Source: a bacterium
GTDB lineage: Bacteria; Patescibacteriota; Microgenomatia; UBA1400; UBA12108
Reading direction: 5' to 3'
DNA length: 64,000 nt
Assembly: GCA_043827085.1 (NCBI GenBank)
Contig: JBDRPO010000022.1
Location: 4,481-68,480, forward strand
Shown: in pieces, positions 38,402-48,099 of the stretch
How positions within the stretch are numbered: the stretch's first letter is position 1
Layout of the letters: each line of letters opens with the position of its first letter
The notes under the pieces: model-generated
Seen by the model: only the letters and a program-made list of their open reading frames with translations
The model's database searches: none
What the model was told of the DNA's origin: nothing
Translations under genes and position numbers: made by a program

Positions 38402-39516
38402 GGATTGGGATCGACCTCTCGATGTTAGTCTATCAGGGCAGTGGGGTCGCAACCTATACCTTTAACGCCGCCAAGACACTTCTCAAATATGATCATAAAA
38501 ATGATTACGTCTTTTTCTACGCCTCACTCCGCCGCCCAGCCCACTTTACCTACCTTGCTGACCTGAAAAAATTGGGAGCAAAAATAGTCGAAGTTCCGAT
38601 CCCGAGTCGCCTCTTGCGGCTTATCTGGAATCGCCTACACATCTTGCCCGTTGAATGGTTTATCGGCAAAGTTGATGTTTTCTTCTCCTCCGATTACCTG
38701 CGCCCACCGCTCTTTCCTGGAACCAAGGGCATTACAACCGTCCATGACATGATTTGGCACAAGTTCCCTCAGTTTCATACTGGTGACATTATCGCTTCTC
38801 ATGCACGCAAAATGGCCAAACTCATTCGCTTTGGCGACACTATCCTTGTAGACTCCCAGAGTTCAGCTATCGACTTAACTACAATTTATCCCCAGATTCC
38901 TTCATCTCGTGTTCACGTCGTCTATCCCGGAGTAGATGATCGTTTTGCTCCGCAATCCCCTGCAACTATAAAAAAAGTCCTTACCAAATATTCCCTCCCT
39001 CAGGATCCCTACCTCATCTACATCGGTGCGATCGAACCGCGGAAAAATCTTGATCTTTCGATCCGTGTATTTGCCGATCTCATCAAACTCAAACCATACG
39101 GAAACTATAACTTCATTATTGCCGGTCGCGCTGGTTGGAAAAATGAGCACATCCACAAGCTTGTATATGATCTCAAACTAACTTCTCGCGTTCTCTTCCC
39201 GGGATTCGTGGAAGAAGGGGATATTCCCGCGCTCTATTCAGGCGCCAAAGCTTGTATGTATCTCTCAGCCTACGAAGGTTTTGGCTTACCCCCACTTGAG
39301 GCTGCGGGGTCCGGCACTCCCACCCTACTCTACAATAATTCATCACTCAAAGAGCTGTTCCCTTCTTCTTACCCATACGCCAAGGAGGGAAATGAGCTTA
39401 TGACTCTAATCCAACTTATCCAGTCCGGGCGGAAACTTCCCTTCACCCAATATGTCACCAAATTTTCGTGGCAGCATTTTACCCTGGAGTTTGATAAAAT
39501 AGCTACATCACTATGA
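38398..39516 (+). CDS. Family 4 (GT-B) glycosyltransferase
   Basis: YIGAIEPRKNLDL ... EGFGLPPLEAAGSGTP. ATGA overlap with the ATPase gene. Confidence 0.75.
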   Translation: MRIGIDLSMLVYQGSGVATYTFNAAKTLLKYDHKNDYVFFYASLRRPAHFTYLADLKKLGAKIVEVPIPSRLLRLIWNRLHILPVEWFIGKVDVFFSSDYLRPPLFPGTKGITTVHDMIWHKFPQFHTGDIIASHARKMAKLIRFGDTILVDSQSSAIDLTTIYPQIPSSRVHVVYPGVDDRFAPQSPATIKKVLTKYSLPQDPYLIYIGAIEPRKNLDLSIRVFADLIKLKPYGNYNFIIAGRAGWKNEHIHKLVYDLKLTSRVLFPGFVEEGDIPALYSGAKACMYLSAYEGFGLPPLEAAGSGTPTLLYNNSSLKELFPSSYPYAKEGNELMTLIQLIQSGRKLPFTQYVTKFSWQHFTLEFDKIATSL

Positions 39517-40859
39517 AAACTAAAACAGAAAACTGGAATATTGCCTTTGAGATTTCGCCCATACTGGCAGCTTCCGGTTCGTTTGGTGACAAATCTGGGG
39601 TCTATCGTATTAATTACAATTTAATCAAGTATTTAAGTAATTATTTTCAAGATCAAAATCTCCCTCACCAAATTTACCTTTATACCATTAACCCTCCCCT
39701 ACTTTTTAACATGAACATCGATCTTTACGAGCTCTTAAAAAGAGACAATATTCACCTGCTCAAGCTTCCCAACCTCACCAGTCGTTATCTTCACGAATAT
39801 CCAATTTTCAACCACATAGGCATTCGTTTTATCGCTAAGCTTGTGAATAAACTAATCTACAAGAAAATCCTCGAAAAAACTCTCTTTCAGCGCTACCTTA
39901 ATTCGCTCGCTGAAATCTTGCGCACAAATCATGTGGAAGTCGTTCATCACTCCGAAAGTGGTTTCGTTGATTTACAAGGTTTTGCTAACGTGATCCACAT
40001 CAACGATCTTGTCCCCATCAAGTTTCCTTTTTGGCAGCGCAAACTCACTGTCGATATCCACAAACGCAAACTTAGTTTTACCGAAAGCTCGGCACAGGGG
40101 GTAATTTGCATCAGCGAAAGTACCAAACAAGATCTACTAGGATATCTTCCCCGCTTGGCTCAATCAGATCGCCTCGTTAAAGTCATCTTCCCCGGCGCCG
40201 ATAATCACCAAGACACTATCAACATAAAATTGTCCTCGCTCAACCATATTATCGAGAAAAAGGGATATTCTGCGCTCAAAAAAGATAGATATTTCCTTTA
40301 TTTCGGCACGGTCGAGCCCCGCAAAAACATTTCGCTACTAGTAACGGTGTTTAATCACTTATTGACTAGTAAGACTTTTACTGACTTTAAACTTATATTA
40401 GTCGGTGGACGTGGTTGGGGTAAAACTTATGATGATCTACAACGTTTTATCGTTGAAAATTATCCAATCCCCTCAGAAAGCCCCATTATCTTTTTAGATT
40501 TTCTTAGTGACGACTATCTCGCTTGTTTAATCAAAAACGCCCGCGCGGTTGTCTACCCGTCGCTTTATGAGGGGTTTGGGTTACCTGTGGCCGAAAGTAT
40601 GAGACTCGGAACACCCGTCATTACCTCCAATGTATCATCTCTTCCCGAAGTGGCTGACGGTGCCTGCCTAACCGTTGATCCCCTAAATCCAGAAGCACTC
40701 GAATCAGCAATGATCAGACTCTATCAAGAAGATGCTCTGCGTTCTTCCCTTTCACGCAAGGGTCTTAAACAAGCCGCCAAATTTACTTGGGAAAATTGCG
40801 CCAAAGAAACCTATCAATTCTATGTTAGTTTGCTCCATCATTTAGGAGCCAATAAATGA
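39513..40859 (+). CDS. Family 4 glycosyltransferase, tandem paralog 1
   Basis: NIAFEISPILAASGSFGDKSGVYRINYNLIKYLS ... FGTVEPRKN ... EGFGLPVAES. 448 aa. Confidence 0.75.
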   Translation: MKTKTENWNIAFEISPILAASGSFGDKSGVYRINYNLIKYLSNYFQDQNLPHQIYLYTINPPLLFNMNIDLYELLKRDNIHLLKLPNLTSRYLHEYPIFNHIGIRFIAKLVNKLIYKKILEKTLFQRYLNSLAEILRTNHVEVVHHSESGFVDLQGFANVIHINDLVPIKFPFWQRKLTVDIHKRKLSFTESSAQGVICISESTKQDLLGYLPRLAQSDRLVKVIFPGADNHQDTINIKLSSLNHIIEKKGYSALKKDRYFLYFGTVEPRKNISLLVTVFNHLLTSKTFTDFKLILVGGRGWGKTYDDLQRFIVENYPIPSESPIIFLDFLSDDYLACLIKNARAVVYPSLYEGFGLPVAESMRLGTPVITSNVSSLPEVADGACLTVDPLNPEALESAMIRLYQEDALRSSLSRKGLKQAAKFTWENCAKETYQFYVSLLHHLGANK

Positions 40860-42202
40860 AGAAGGTTTGGAATATTGCTTTCGAGATCTCTCCGATTCTG
40901 GCTGCCTCCGGCTCCTTCGGTGATCGCTCAGGTGTTTATCGGATCAACTACAACCTGATCAAATATCTCAGCGAATACTTTGTAGCCGAGAAATTACCTC
41001 ACCAAATCTATGTATATACGTTAAATCCTGCGCTCAACTACAATATCGGTCTCGACCTCAATGCCTTACTGGGTAAAAGCAACATTCACTTTCTCAAAAT
41101 TCCTTATCCTCACGGCAAGTATCTGCAAGAGTATCAGATTTTTGACCACGCCGGTATTCGTTTTATCATCAAGTGGATTGATCAAGTAATCTGGCGACCG
41201 ATTATCGAAAACGTAGTGTTCGCCCGTTATCTTTATCTAATCTCTCAGGAGTTTAAAGCCAAGCAAGTCAAGGTAGTCCATCATTCCGAAAGTGGATTTG
41301 CTTATATCAAAAACGTTTTAAACATTATTCACATCCATGACATGGTTCCCTTTATGTTTCCTTTTTGGCAGCGACCAGTTACGATTGATATTCACCGCCG
41401 CAAAATCAAATTTGCCACCAAAAAGTGTAACGCCGTTATTTGCATCAGCAAACACACCGTCAAAGATTTTGTGGAATACGCCAAGCAATATAAGCTCCCC
41501 TGTCCTCCTCACCGCGTTATATATCTAGGACCGGAACAATTTCCACCTGGTGACAAAAATAATATTAGTGACATCAACAATTCGCTCCGTGCCAGTGGTC
41601 GTAGAATTATTCTCCCCAAAAAGTATTTTCTTTTCTTCGGGACCATCGAACCAAGGAAAAACACTACAATGCTCATCTCAGTTTTTGACAAGCTCAAAAA
41701 AGCTGGCAAACTGGCTCAGTTCGATCTAGTTTTAGTCGGCGGCAAAGGTTGGGGTAAAGTTTATGACAACACCAAAGATTATCTCCAAGAAAACTATCCC
41801 AAATCTATTGCTAGTCCCATTATTTTACTTGACTTCTTGAGCGATGAATATTTACACACGTTAATCACCAATAGTTATGCTGTCGTGTACCCTTCATTTT
41901 ACGAGGGTTTCGGTCTACCGGTCTTAGAAAGCATGCAATACGGTATCCCCGTGATTACCTCTAACAACTCTTCGATCCCTGAAGTAGGAGAGGACGCGTG
42001 TCTCTACATCGACCCCACCAGCCCAGACTCGCTCGAAGGTGCCTTACTTACTCTAGCTTCTTCACCCAAGCTTCACAAGCAACTTGCACTAGCCAGCAAA
42101 CGTCAAGCTGCCAAGTTTAATTGGCAATATACAGCTTTCCAGACTTATCAGTATTATTGTGAACTTCTCAAACCCAAACCTACTTCAAGTATATTTCACT
42201 AA
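40856..42202 (+). CDS. Family 4 glycosyltransferase, tandem paralog 2
   Basis: Same length (448 aa) and near-identical N-terminus (NIAFEISPILAASGSFGDRSGVYRINYNLIKYLS) as the upstream gene. FGTIEPRKN ... EGFGLPVLES. Confidence 0.75.
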   Translation: MKKVWNIAFEISPILAASGSFGDRSGVYRINYNLIKYLSEYFVAEKLPHQIYVYTLNPALNYNIGLDLNALLGKSNIHFLKIPYPHGKYLQEYQIFDHAGIRFIIKWIDQVIWRPIIENVVFARYLYLISQEFKAKQVKVVHHSESGFAYIKNVLNIIHIHDMVPFMFPFWQRPVTIDIHRRKIKFATKKCNAVICISKHTVKDFVEYAKQYKLPCPPHRVIYLGPEQFPPGDKNNISDINNSLRASGRRIILPKKYFLFFGTIEPRKNTTMLISVFDKLKKAGKLAQFDLVLVGGKGWGKVYDNTKDYLQENYPKSIASPIILLDFLSDEYLHTLITNSYAVVYPSFYEGFGLPVLESMQYGIPVITSNNSSIPEVGEDACLYIDPTSPDSLEGALLTLASSPKLHKQLALASKRQAAKFNWQYTAFQTYQYYCELLKPKPTSSIFH

Positions 42203-44405
42203 ATTGTGCCGACAACAAGTTGCTATCTGTGCTAGTCGGATCCACCACCTTAGGCTGCCAAGAATCTGCTGCTATGATATGTATGGTATTTATCCCTGTC
42301 TTAAGCATTGTTCGTGGCACCAACAACTGATTATCTTTCCTAGTTGTCTCCAAATTCACGCTCCCAAGAAATTCGCGGTTCAGATATATCTTAATTAGCT
42401 GAGTTTTATGGTAACTTGCTCCCTCCAAATGGAGAGTCATCTCTTTTTTATCAGCTACTTTTAGTAGAATCTGTGCCGTTGAATTCATCCAGCGGAATCC
42501 CTGGTCACGTCCATACCAATTTCCCGCGATCTGTAGTTCGTCCCCCGGCTCTCCTATTTTTACCGACAGATACTCCTGATCAGTTGGTTCTCTTGACCAC
42601 AGCTCCGCCACAGACTCCTCCTTTATTTTTTTGTATCCCAGTTTAGGTAGTTCTGTCACAATCTGCGTGTACCCTGGCGTGGTGGGGTATAAGATAATAT
42701 ATTTGATATCCAAAAAATCTACCGCTCGCCTAGCCTCATTTTCATTTAATTCCTGCCATTTACTTAAATCAGTCCGGTCCAGTCCTCCATTATTTACTAC
42801 TTGCGGATCGATCATCCTCCCTACGTAGCCGAGCCACGCATTCTGTTGATAGTAAGCAAATTTATAACTGGGTACCCTCCCACTATAGCCAGCCAACATC
42901 GGCTTACCATGAATTAGCTGCCCAGCAATGAAATTTAGCCCTTCAGTATTACCAAAATAAATAAAACCATCTCGCATTGCGCTCGGGATCTCCTGTACCA
43001 CCCCACCACCAGGATCTTTTTTGATAAACTCGTATATTTGATAAGGTAAAGGAGTAGGGGTGGCCAAAGAGTACTTGATTGAATGATCTAGTATCAAGAC
43101 TGCTAGTAATCCCACAAAGACGAGCGCCTTACCTTCTTTTGTCAGTCGCTTTCCCCATGACTGCCAAAGATAACCAATCACAATATACGAAACAAATATG
43201 TACCCAATCGCCAGTCTCCCTGGACTACGAATATTGCCCATAAAGGGTAAGTAGTGAAATAACGCAAAGGGGAGGGGAACCACCAGCTTTATTCCCTCTT
43301 GGAGTTCCTTCGTCCATCTGCCAGCCACGTGGAGGAACGGCCCTAGGGTGAGACTCCACAGCCAAAACCCAGCAAACAACCATGGCGCTACCTGCTGCTT
43401 TGCCTTTCCGAAGTTCTTCTTTCTGATTATGAGATATCCAAAGATTCCCAGAGTGACCAGGATCATGATTCCAGGATAGGTATAGTTTTCAAAAATACCC
43501 TTAGCAAATGCCCAGTGCTGATCTGTCCAAACTGCTATCCCCCGTAAATATCGACTGTAATAGCTAGGGATAAACATCCCAAACAGATCCGTCGAAAATT
43601 GCAGCGCTCCCGCCCAGCCCTCAGTTTTGGGTAAGCCGCTAAACAAAGTCACTTGTCTCAAAGTCACGAGCCATTGGGCAATCATGGCGACAATTGCTAC
43701 TCCTCCCACCACAATCATCCGCCAACTATTCTTAACTACCTCAACCACTTCATCGCGCCGGCAACACCCATAGAATCCACCCAAGAGTCCAGCCGACAGC
43801 AGCAAAGTCACAAAATAGTACAAATTATGGTACAGCGCCATAGCCAGGAAAAAGGCTGTCCCGAGTGCTCCCAACACTCGCTTTCCCAATTTTCCCCTTC
43901 CCGTCATCGTGAGTGCTGAGAGGTAAAACCACGGGAAAACATAGATCGACATATAGGTCAAATGCCCCATCCGGGGCAATAGAAATGTCGTATACGCAAA
44001 CGCCAGTCCCAAAATACCCGCAATACCCACGCCAATTTTCAACTTTCTCAGGAGTAAGTACATCCCCACACTAGCCGCGTAGATGGACAAAGCTACGGTG
44101 ATCGACATGGCTTGGTGCGTTGATAGCCATGGACGTAAGGCAATAAAATACAAAGCGTTGCCGGAATCAGTCGACGCAAACTCTGTCCCAAACGGATAAA
44201 AAGCGCTGCTCCTCCACGCGAAAGGATTTTTCCCAGCCACAATATTTTGGTATGCCTGCTCGATCCCCCACTCAGTGGCAAGTACTTCCCCGTACCTGGC
44301 TTCCACAGTCGAAGTATCAAATTTAAGTTCATGCCAAAATGATTTGTAGTACCACAAGTTCACTATCAAATATATGAGTAACACTATCCAGGTTGATTTT
44401 TTCAT
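42180..44405 (-). CDS. Very large polytopic membrane protein with a C-terminal ~230-aa soluble domain, paralog family D (YfhO-like GT-C candidate)
   Basis: 741 aa. N-terminal TEWGIEQAYQNIVAGKNPFAWRSSAFYPFGTEFASTDSG aligns with TEWIVETGYQKIIHGQNPFAPTTKLFYPFETKIALNDPG of 44405..46036. Last gene of the minus-strand operon. Confidence 0.55.
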   Translation of the reverse strand: MKKSTWIVLLIYLIVNLWYYKSFWHELKFDTSTVEARYGEVLATEWGIEQAYQNIVAGKNPFAWRSSAFYPFGTEFASTDSGNALYFIALRPWLSTHQAMSITVALSIYAASVGMYLLLRKLKIGVGIAGILGLAFAYTTFLLPRMGHLTYMSIYVFPWFYLSALTMTGRGKLGKRVLGALGTAFFLAMALYHNLYYFVTLLLSAGLLGGFYGCCRRDEVVEVVKNSWRMIVVGGVAIVAMIAQWLVTLRQVTLFSGLPKTEGWAGALQFSTDLFGMFIPSYYSRYLRGIAVWTDQHWAFAKGIFENYTYPGIMILVTLGIFGYLIIRKKNFGKAKQQVAPWLFAGFWLWSLTLGPFLHVAGRWTKELQEGIKLVVPLPFALFHYLPFMGNIRSPGRLAIGYIFVSYIVIGYLWQSWGKRLTKEGKALVFVGLLAVLILDHSIKYSLATPTPLPYQIYEFIKKDPGGGVVQEIPSAMRDGFIYFGNTEGLNFIAGQLIHGKPMLAGYSGRVPSYKFAYYQQNAWLGYVGRMIDPQVVNNGGLDRTDLSKWQELNENEARRAVDFLDIKYIILYPTTPGYTQIVTELPKLGYKKIKEESVAELWSREPTDQEYLSVKIGEPGDELQIAGNWYGRDQGFRWMNSTAQILLKVADKKEMTLHLEGASYHKTQLIKIYLNREFLGSVNLETTRKDNQLLVPRTMLKTGINTIHIIAADSWQPKVVDPTSTDSNLLSAQFSEIYLK

Positions 44406-46036
44406 TATTCACGCCTCCACCAGGAATATCCTTGTACTTGTCTCACTTCTTCTGCTCCCACCTCATTTAACATATTCTCTATTTGCTGGGTATATGGTTC
44501 GTTTCGCTTCACTATCACATCAGTAATATTTAACAAATCGAGTTCACTCTTTACTGTTTGAGTCGTCCCTGCATACTCTGTCACGACCGGCTCTTTGGGT
44601 AGCTCAGTAAACCGATTGTAGTTGCCGTGATCGGTAATTTTTAGGATGTGAGATATCCAGCTTAGTTTATCGTAGTAATCAAATACTTGTGTATCCACCC
44701 GCGCCAAATACCCTCCCATGATGCTGCGGTGATGTATGAGCTGTCCGTACATCGGGTTTAGTCCGTATATGAAACCACGATACTCAAAACCATCACGCAG
44801 GGCAAACGGGATCTCCATCACGACTCCACCCTCAGTACGCCCAAGAGTTTCATATATCTCCATCGGCATCTCATCCGCTGCTCTGTAGGGGATACTATAG
44901 TGTTGCGTAAGCAAAAATATCACACCCAAGCCAACCACGATCCACTTCTTTGTTTTCGTTAAAAGTGTCGCGACAGCTATACATGCAAAAAATATCATTG
45001 CAGGGATAAATCTATCTGGTGCGCGCAAACTCTCTAGTCCTGGTAGGCTCCTAAGTAATAAAAAGGGTAGAGGAAAAAACACCTCCACTCCGTCCAGGTT
45101 AATATGCCATCTCCCCAATACTTTCAAAAAAGGCCCCATGGTCAAAATCGCAAACCACATACTACTGATCATTGCCACGCCGATTTTCTTGTACTTTATA
45201 AGCACATAGCCCAAGAGGAGTAGTAATACTACCCCCCAAGTTTTGGGCGAGGCAAGCTCTACCAAATCTTTCGCTAGCTGGACTGCTCCCCCATACCCAA
45301 ACACTCTAGTCGTCTCTCGCCTCATCAACTCATCTCTTACACTCACAAGCCATGGGCTCAGTACTACCACCATTGCTGTCAAGCCAGCCAACATCTGGCG
45401 ATAGTTTACTTTTATATACGCATAACCAAAGAATGCGCCATAAATTACTCCCGCCATCATTATGCTTACGCCATAATAAAAATTCCCGTACCAAAATAGG
45501 GCCGCCACTATCCCAGCTCCCACCCAGTTATTTTTATAAATCAATAAATAAATCCACGGAAAAAGATAAAGACAGAGGTAAGTATAGTGCCCCCGTACTT
45601 CCCCACTTACATAAGGCATGTATGTATACACGAGCGCTAAAAGTATGGCGAGTTCACTTTTCTTGACCAGTGTACTAAGCAGTAAATACATCGCTAGACT
45701 AGAGAGAAAAAGTGAAAGTAGCACCGCTCCCATCATAGCTTGGTGTATCCCTAGCCACGGACGAAACACGGCGTAGGGAACTACCAGCAACATCCCAGGA
45801 TCATTTAATGCGATCTTAGTTTCAAACGGGTAAAACAATTTTGTCGTTGGCGCAAATGGATTCTGACCATGGATGATCTTTTGGTAACCAGTCTCTACGA
45901 TCCACTCAGTGATCCGTCCATCAGTCGTAGATAGATTATTACCAGGCGCATTACTCACTAGCTCTTTAACAAATCTCCAGTTAAAGAAGATATTGATACC
46001 AAGCAACACCAAAACCATCCACCAAACTCTTTTCAT
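44405..46036 (-). CDS. Large polytopic membrane protein, paralog family D
   Basis: 543 aa. Same N-terminal block as 42180..44405. Its stop overlaps the start of the downstream gene by 1 nt (TAATG). Confidence 0.55.
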   Translation of the reverse strand: MKRVWWMVLVLLGINIFFNWRFVKELVSNAPGNNLSTTDGRITEWIVETGYQKIIHGQNPFAPTTKLFYPFETKIALNDPGMLLVVPYAVFRPWLGIHQAMMGAVLLSLFLSSLAMYLLLSTLVKKSELAILLALVYTYMPYVSGEVRGHYTYLCLYLFPWIYLLIYKNNWVGAGIVAALFWYGNFYYGVSIMMAGVIYGAFFGYAYIKVNYRQMLAGLTAMVVVLSPWLVSVRDELMRRETTRVFGYGGAVQLAKDLVELASPKTWGVVLLLLLGYVLIKYKKIGVAMISSMWFAILTMGPFLKVLGRWHINLDGVEVFFPLPFLLLRSLPGLESLRAPDRFIPAMIFFACIAVATLLTKTKKWIVVGLGVIFLLTQHYSIPYRAADEMPMEIYETLGRTEGGVVMEIPFALRDGFEYRGFIYGLNPMYGQLIHHRSIMGGYLARVDTQVFDYYDKLSWISHILKITDHGNYNRFTELPKEPVVTEYAGTTQTVKSELDLLNITDVIVKRNEPYTQQIENMLNEVGAEEVRQVQGYSWWRRE

Positions 46037-46203
46037 GACTCTATTATAGCTTAAGACTCATGCTACAATTTACTTTGATATGTTGAAATCTTGGCTGATC
46101 TTTACTCTGGTAATGCTTGTCGCTTTCAGTCTTATCTACCGTGTTAATACCCATTGGGACCGTGTAAGAATAGTCCCGACCAGCATGTTTGCTCAGGAGT
46201 CAC

Positions 46204-48099
46204 CTATTCCCCACTAATTCTCTTGTACACAAACATCATCGGAGACTCCTCCACAAATTCAAATTTATCTCTCACTTGATCATAAATAGTGATGAGTGTA
46301 TGTTCGCCGATATTTGGTGTGTTTCTATACTCCTCAGCTTGGCGCAGCACCCTTTTGTCCACAAACAAGTATTTAGGCTCCCTGCGGTATAGCTCGATCA
46401 CATCTTTTAGTTCCTGTTTGGTGTAGAGCGTAGCATGTAGATAGTAGTAGTCAGCTAGATTTACTCGCTCGGCCTGCATTAAAAGCACATGGTCAAAGTA
46501 GCCGATGATAGCCACCCGCTCCTTGTTGGGGGTATATTTTTTGATCGCGTCCGCGCTCTCCATGAGCTCTGTGATAGGTATAGTAGGTACCGCTGTGTTT
46601 TCGACCGCTATCAACCTATTCTTTGGCGGGTAATTAAAGTTGGGGTCATACTTCATTAGTCGAAAGTCACTTAGTCGGTGTTTTTCTAGCTTTACTCCCC
46701 ACTGCACAAATTTAGTAAGGGGAAGTGCAAAAATTGCGATCGAGATCAAAACTACGAGCTGTTTGCCATAAGACCGCGTCCACACCGCGCGCACCAAATA
46801 CTGATATAAATAAATCAAAATTATGATCGCTGGGATGCTGACCGCCGCCAAGTCACTTAAGTTTTGCTTGCCCAGATAGTAGCGGAATATACCATAACCG
46901 TAAATAGATAACATAGTCAATACCGGCAAATCTCTTAGTGGTAGTCCTCCCTTGACGTATTTTCGCACCATGACACTCAAGATCACTATGCCGTATATCG
47001 CTATCGGCCAATACGCATACCAGGTTGTTAGTGCCAGGCCTTGACGCTGCAAAAACCCAGCGTTAAATAGTTGAGCGTAGTAATAGTATTGACTCCAGTC
47101 AGGCCATTTAGAGGCTACAATATATGTGTACAAGCTATAGATCGCCATGATAGTACCGGTGTAGCCAACAACCTGTATGCCTTGTCGCACCCCCAGCTTC
47201 CCTCTCAAGTAGGCTATGGTAAAGAGTGCTGCCCAGTAGCTCAAAATCAGTGGGATTCCCGATTCAAGGTTCCACAGTACCCCTACTGCCAGGCTTAGTT
47301 GGAGTAGTCTCCAAGCCCACTTTTTTTGTGTCCTACTCCACCACAAAAAAAGCAAAATCGCAGGCATTGCAGGCAAAAATCTCCACACACTCCCCCCTGG
47401 CCACAAAAAGAACTCCGAGGGAAACAGAGTCGGGAAGACTCCATAAAAATGCACACTAGTCGTCACGACAATCCCGAGTAACGCCAGGGTTTTCGACTTG
47501 GTCAAAACTCGCATAATCAAATACACGGCCATGTACTCGCAGACCCCCATAATCATAGAGATCAAATGCACGTTTGGATGCGAGAAGTACAGTCCAGCTT
47601 TAAAGATCCATGAAGTCAGGAAGATATTCAAAAATCCGTACTGGGCTTTGGTATCTACAAGAAGAATTTTTCCATTTAAAACATCATTGAGTGGTCCAGT
47701 AATAAAATTGAGATGATGATAGTTGTAAAAAAATTGGTAAAAAGCGTTATAACTAAAATTCACCACTAAACCAATAATTATCAAAGTAAAGAAACCTATC
47801 TCTTTCGCTCCTGGCCAGTTGATTTTGCCAGGAGTTTTTGGCCATAGTTTACGTATAGGCTCCAATTTCTCGCGCAAGATTAAATGAAAACCCCTCCACA
47901 ATCCATAAGTTACTGTGGGGATATAGAGTAGCGCTACAGGCCAAAAGTATTTATACGGAGTAAGTGTAACTGTCCGACTAGCTACCCACGGCAAAAATGT
48001 GTCGAGCGTTACTTGGTCAACTATAGGGTAAGGGTAGTTTACCGCCAAATACCAAAAACTCAGTCCCGCCAAGCTTAGTGCCACCAGAAATTTATTCAA
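46204..48099 (-). CDS. Large polytopic membrane protein with a C-terminal soluble domain, unknown family
   Basis: 631 aa. About 12 TM helices, then a ~170-aa hydrophilic tail (NYPPKNRLIAVENTAVP...). Overlaps the upstream gene by 8 nt. Confidence 0.5.
   Translation of the reverse strand: MNKFLVALSLAGLSFWYLAVNYPYPIVDQVTLDTFLPWVASRTVTLTPYKYFWPVALLYIPTVTYGLWRGFHLILREKLEPIRKLWPKTPGKINWPGAKEIGFFTLIIIGLVVNFSYNAFYQFFYNYHHLNFITGPLNDVLNGKILLVDTKAQYGFLNIFLTSWIFKAGLYFSHPNVHLISMIMGVCEYMAVYLIMRVLTKSKTLALLGIVVTTSVHFYGVFPTLFPSEFFLWPGGSVWRFLPAMPAILLFLWWSRTQKKWAWRLLQLSLAVGVLWNLESGIPLILSYWAALFTIAYLRGKLGVRQGIQVVGYTGTIMAIYSLYTYIVASKWPDWSQYYYYAQLFNAGFLQRQGLALTTWYAYWPIAIYGIVILSVMVRKYVKGGLPLRDLPVLTMLSIYGYGIFRYYLGKQNLSDLAAVSIPAIIILIYLYQYLVRAVWTRSYGKQLVVLISIAIFALPLTKFVQWGVKLEKHRLSDFRLMKYDPNFNYPPKNRLIAVENTAVPTIPITELMESADAIKKYTPNKERVAIIGYFDHVLLMQAERVNLADYYYLHATLYTKQELKDVIELYRREPKYLFVDKRVLRQAEEYRNTPNIGEHTLITIYDQVRDKFEFVEESPMMFVYKRISGE

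Noticed and set aside
46081-46167. 28-codon ORF (MLKSWLIFTLVMLVAFSLIYVLIPIGTV) with a TM-like helix in the 167-nt gap between two minus-strand membrane genes. In another frame the downstream sequence reads RVNTHWDRVRIV, faintly reminiscent of family A N-termini.
   Set aside because: Below a credible size. The resemblance requires a frameshift and rests on a few residues. The gap more plausibly holds the promoter and RBS for the 44405..46036 gene.
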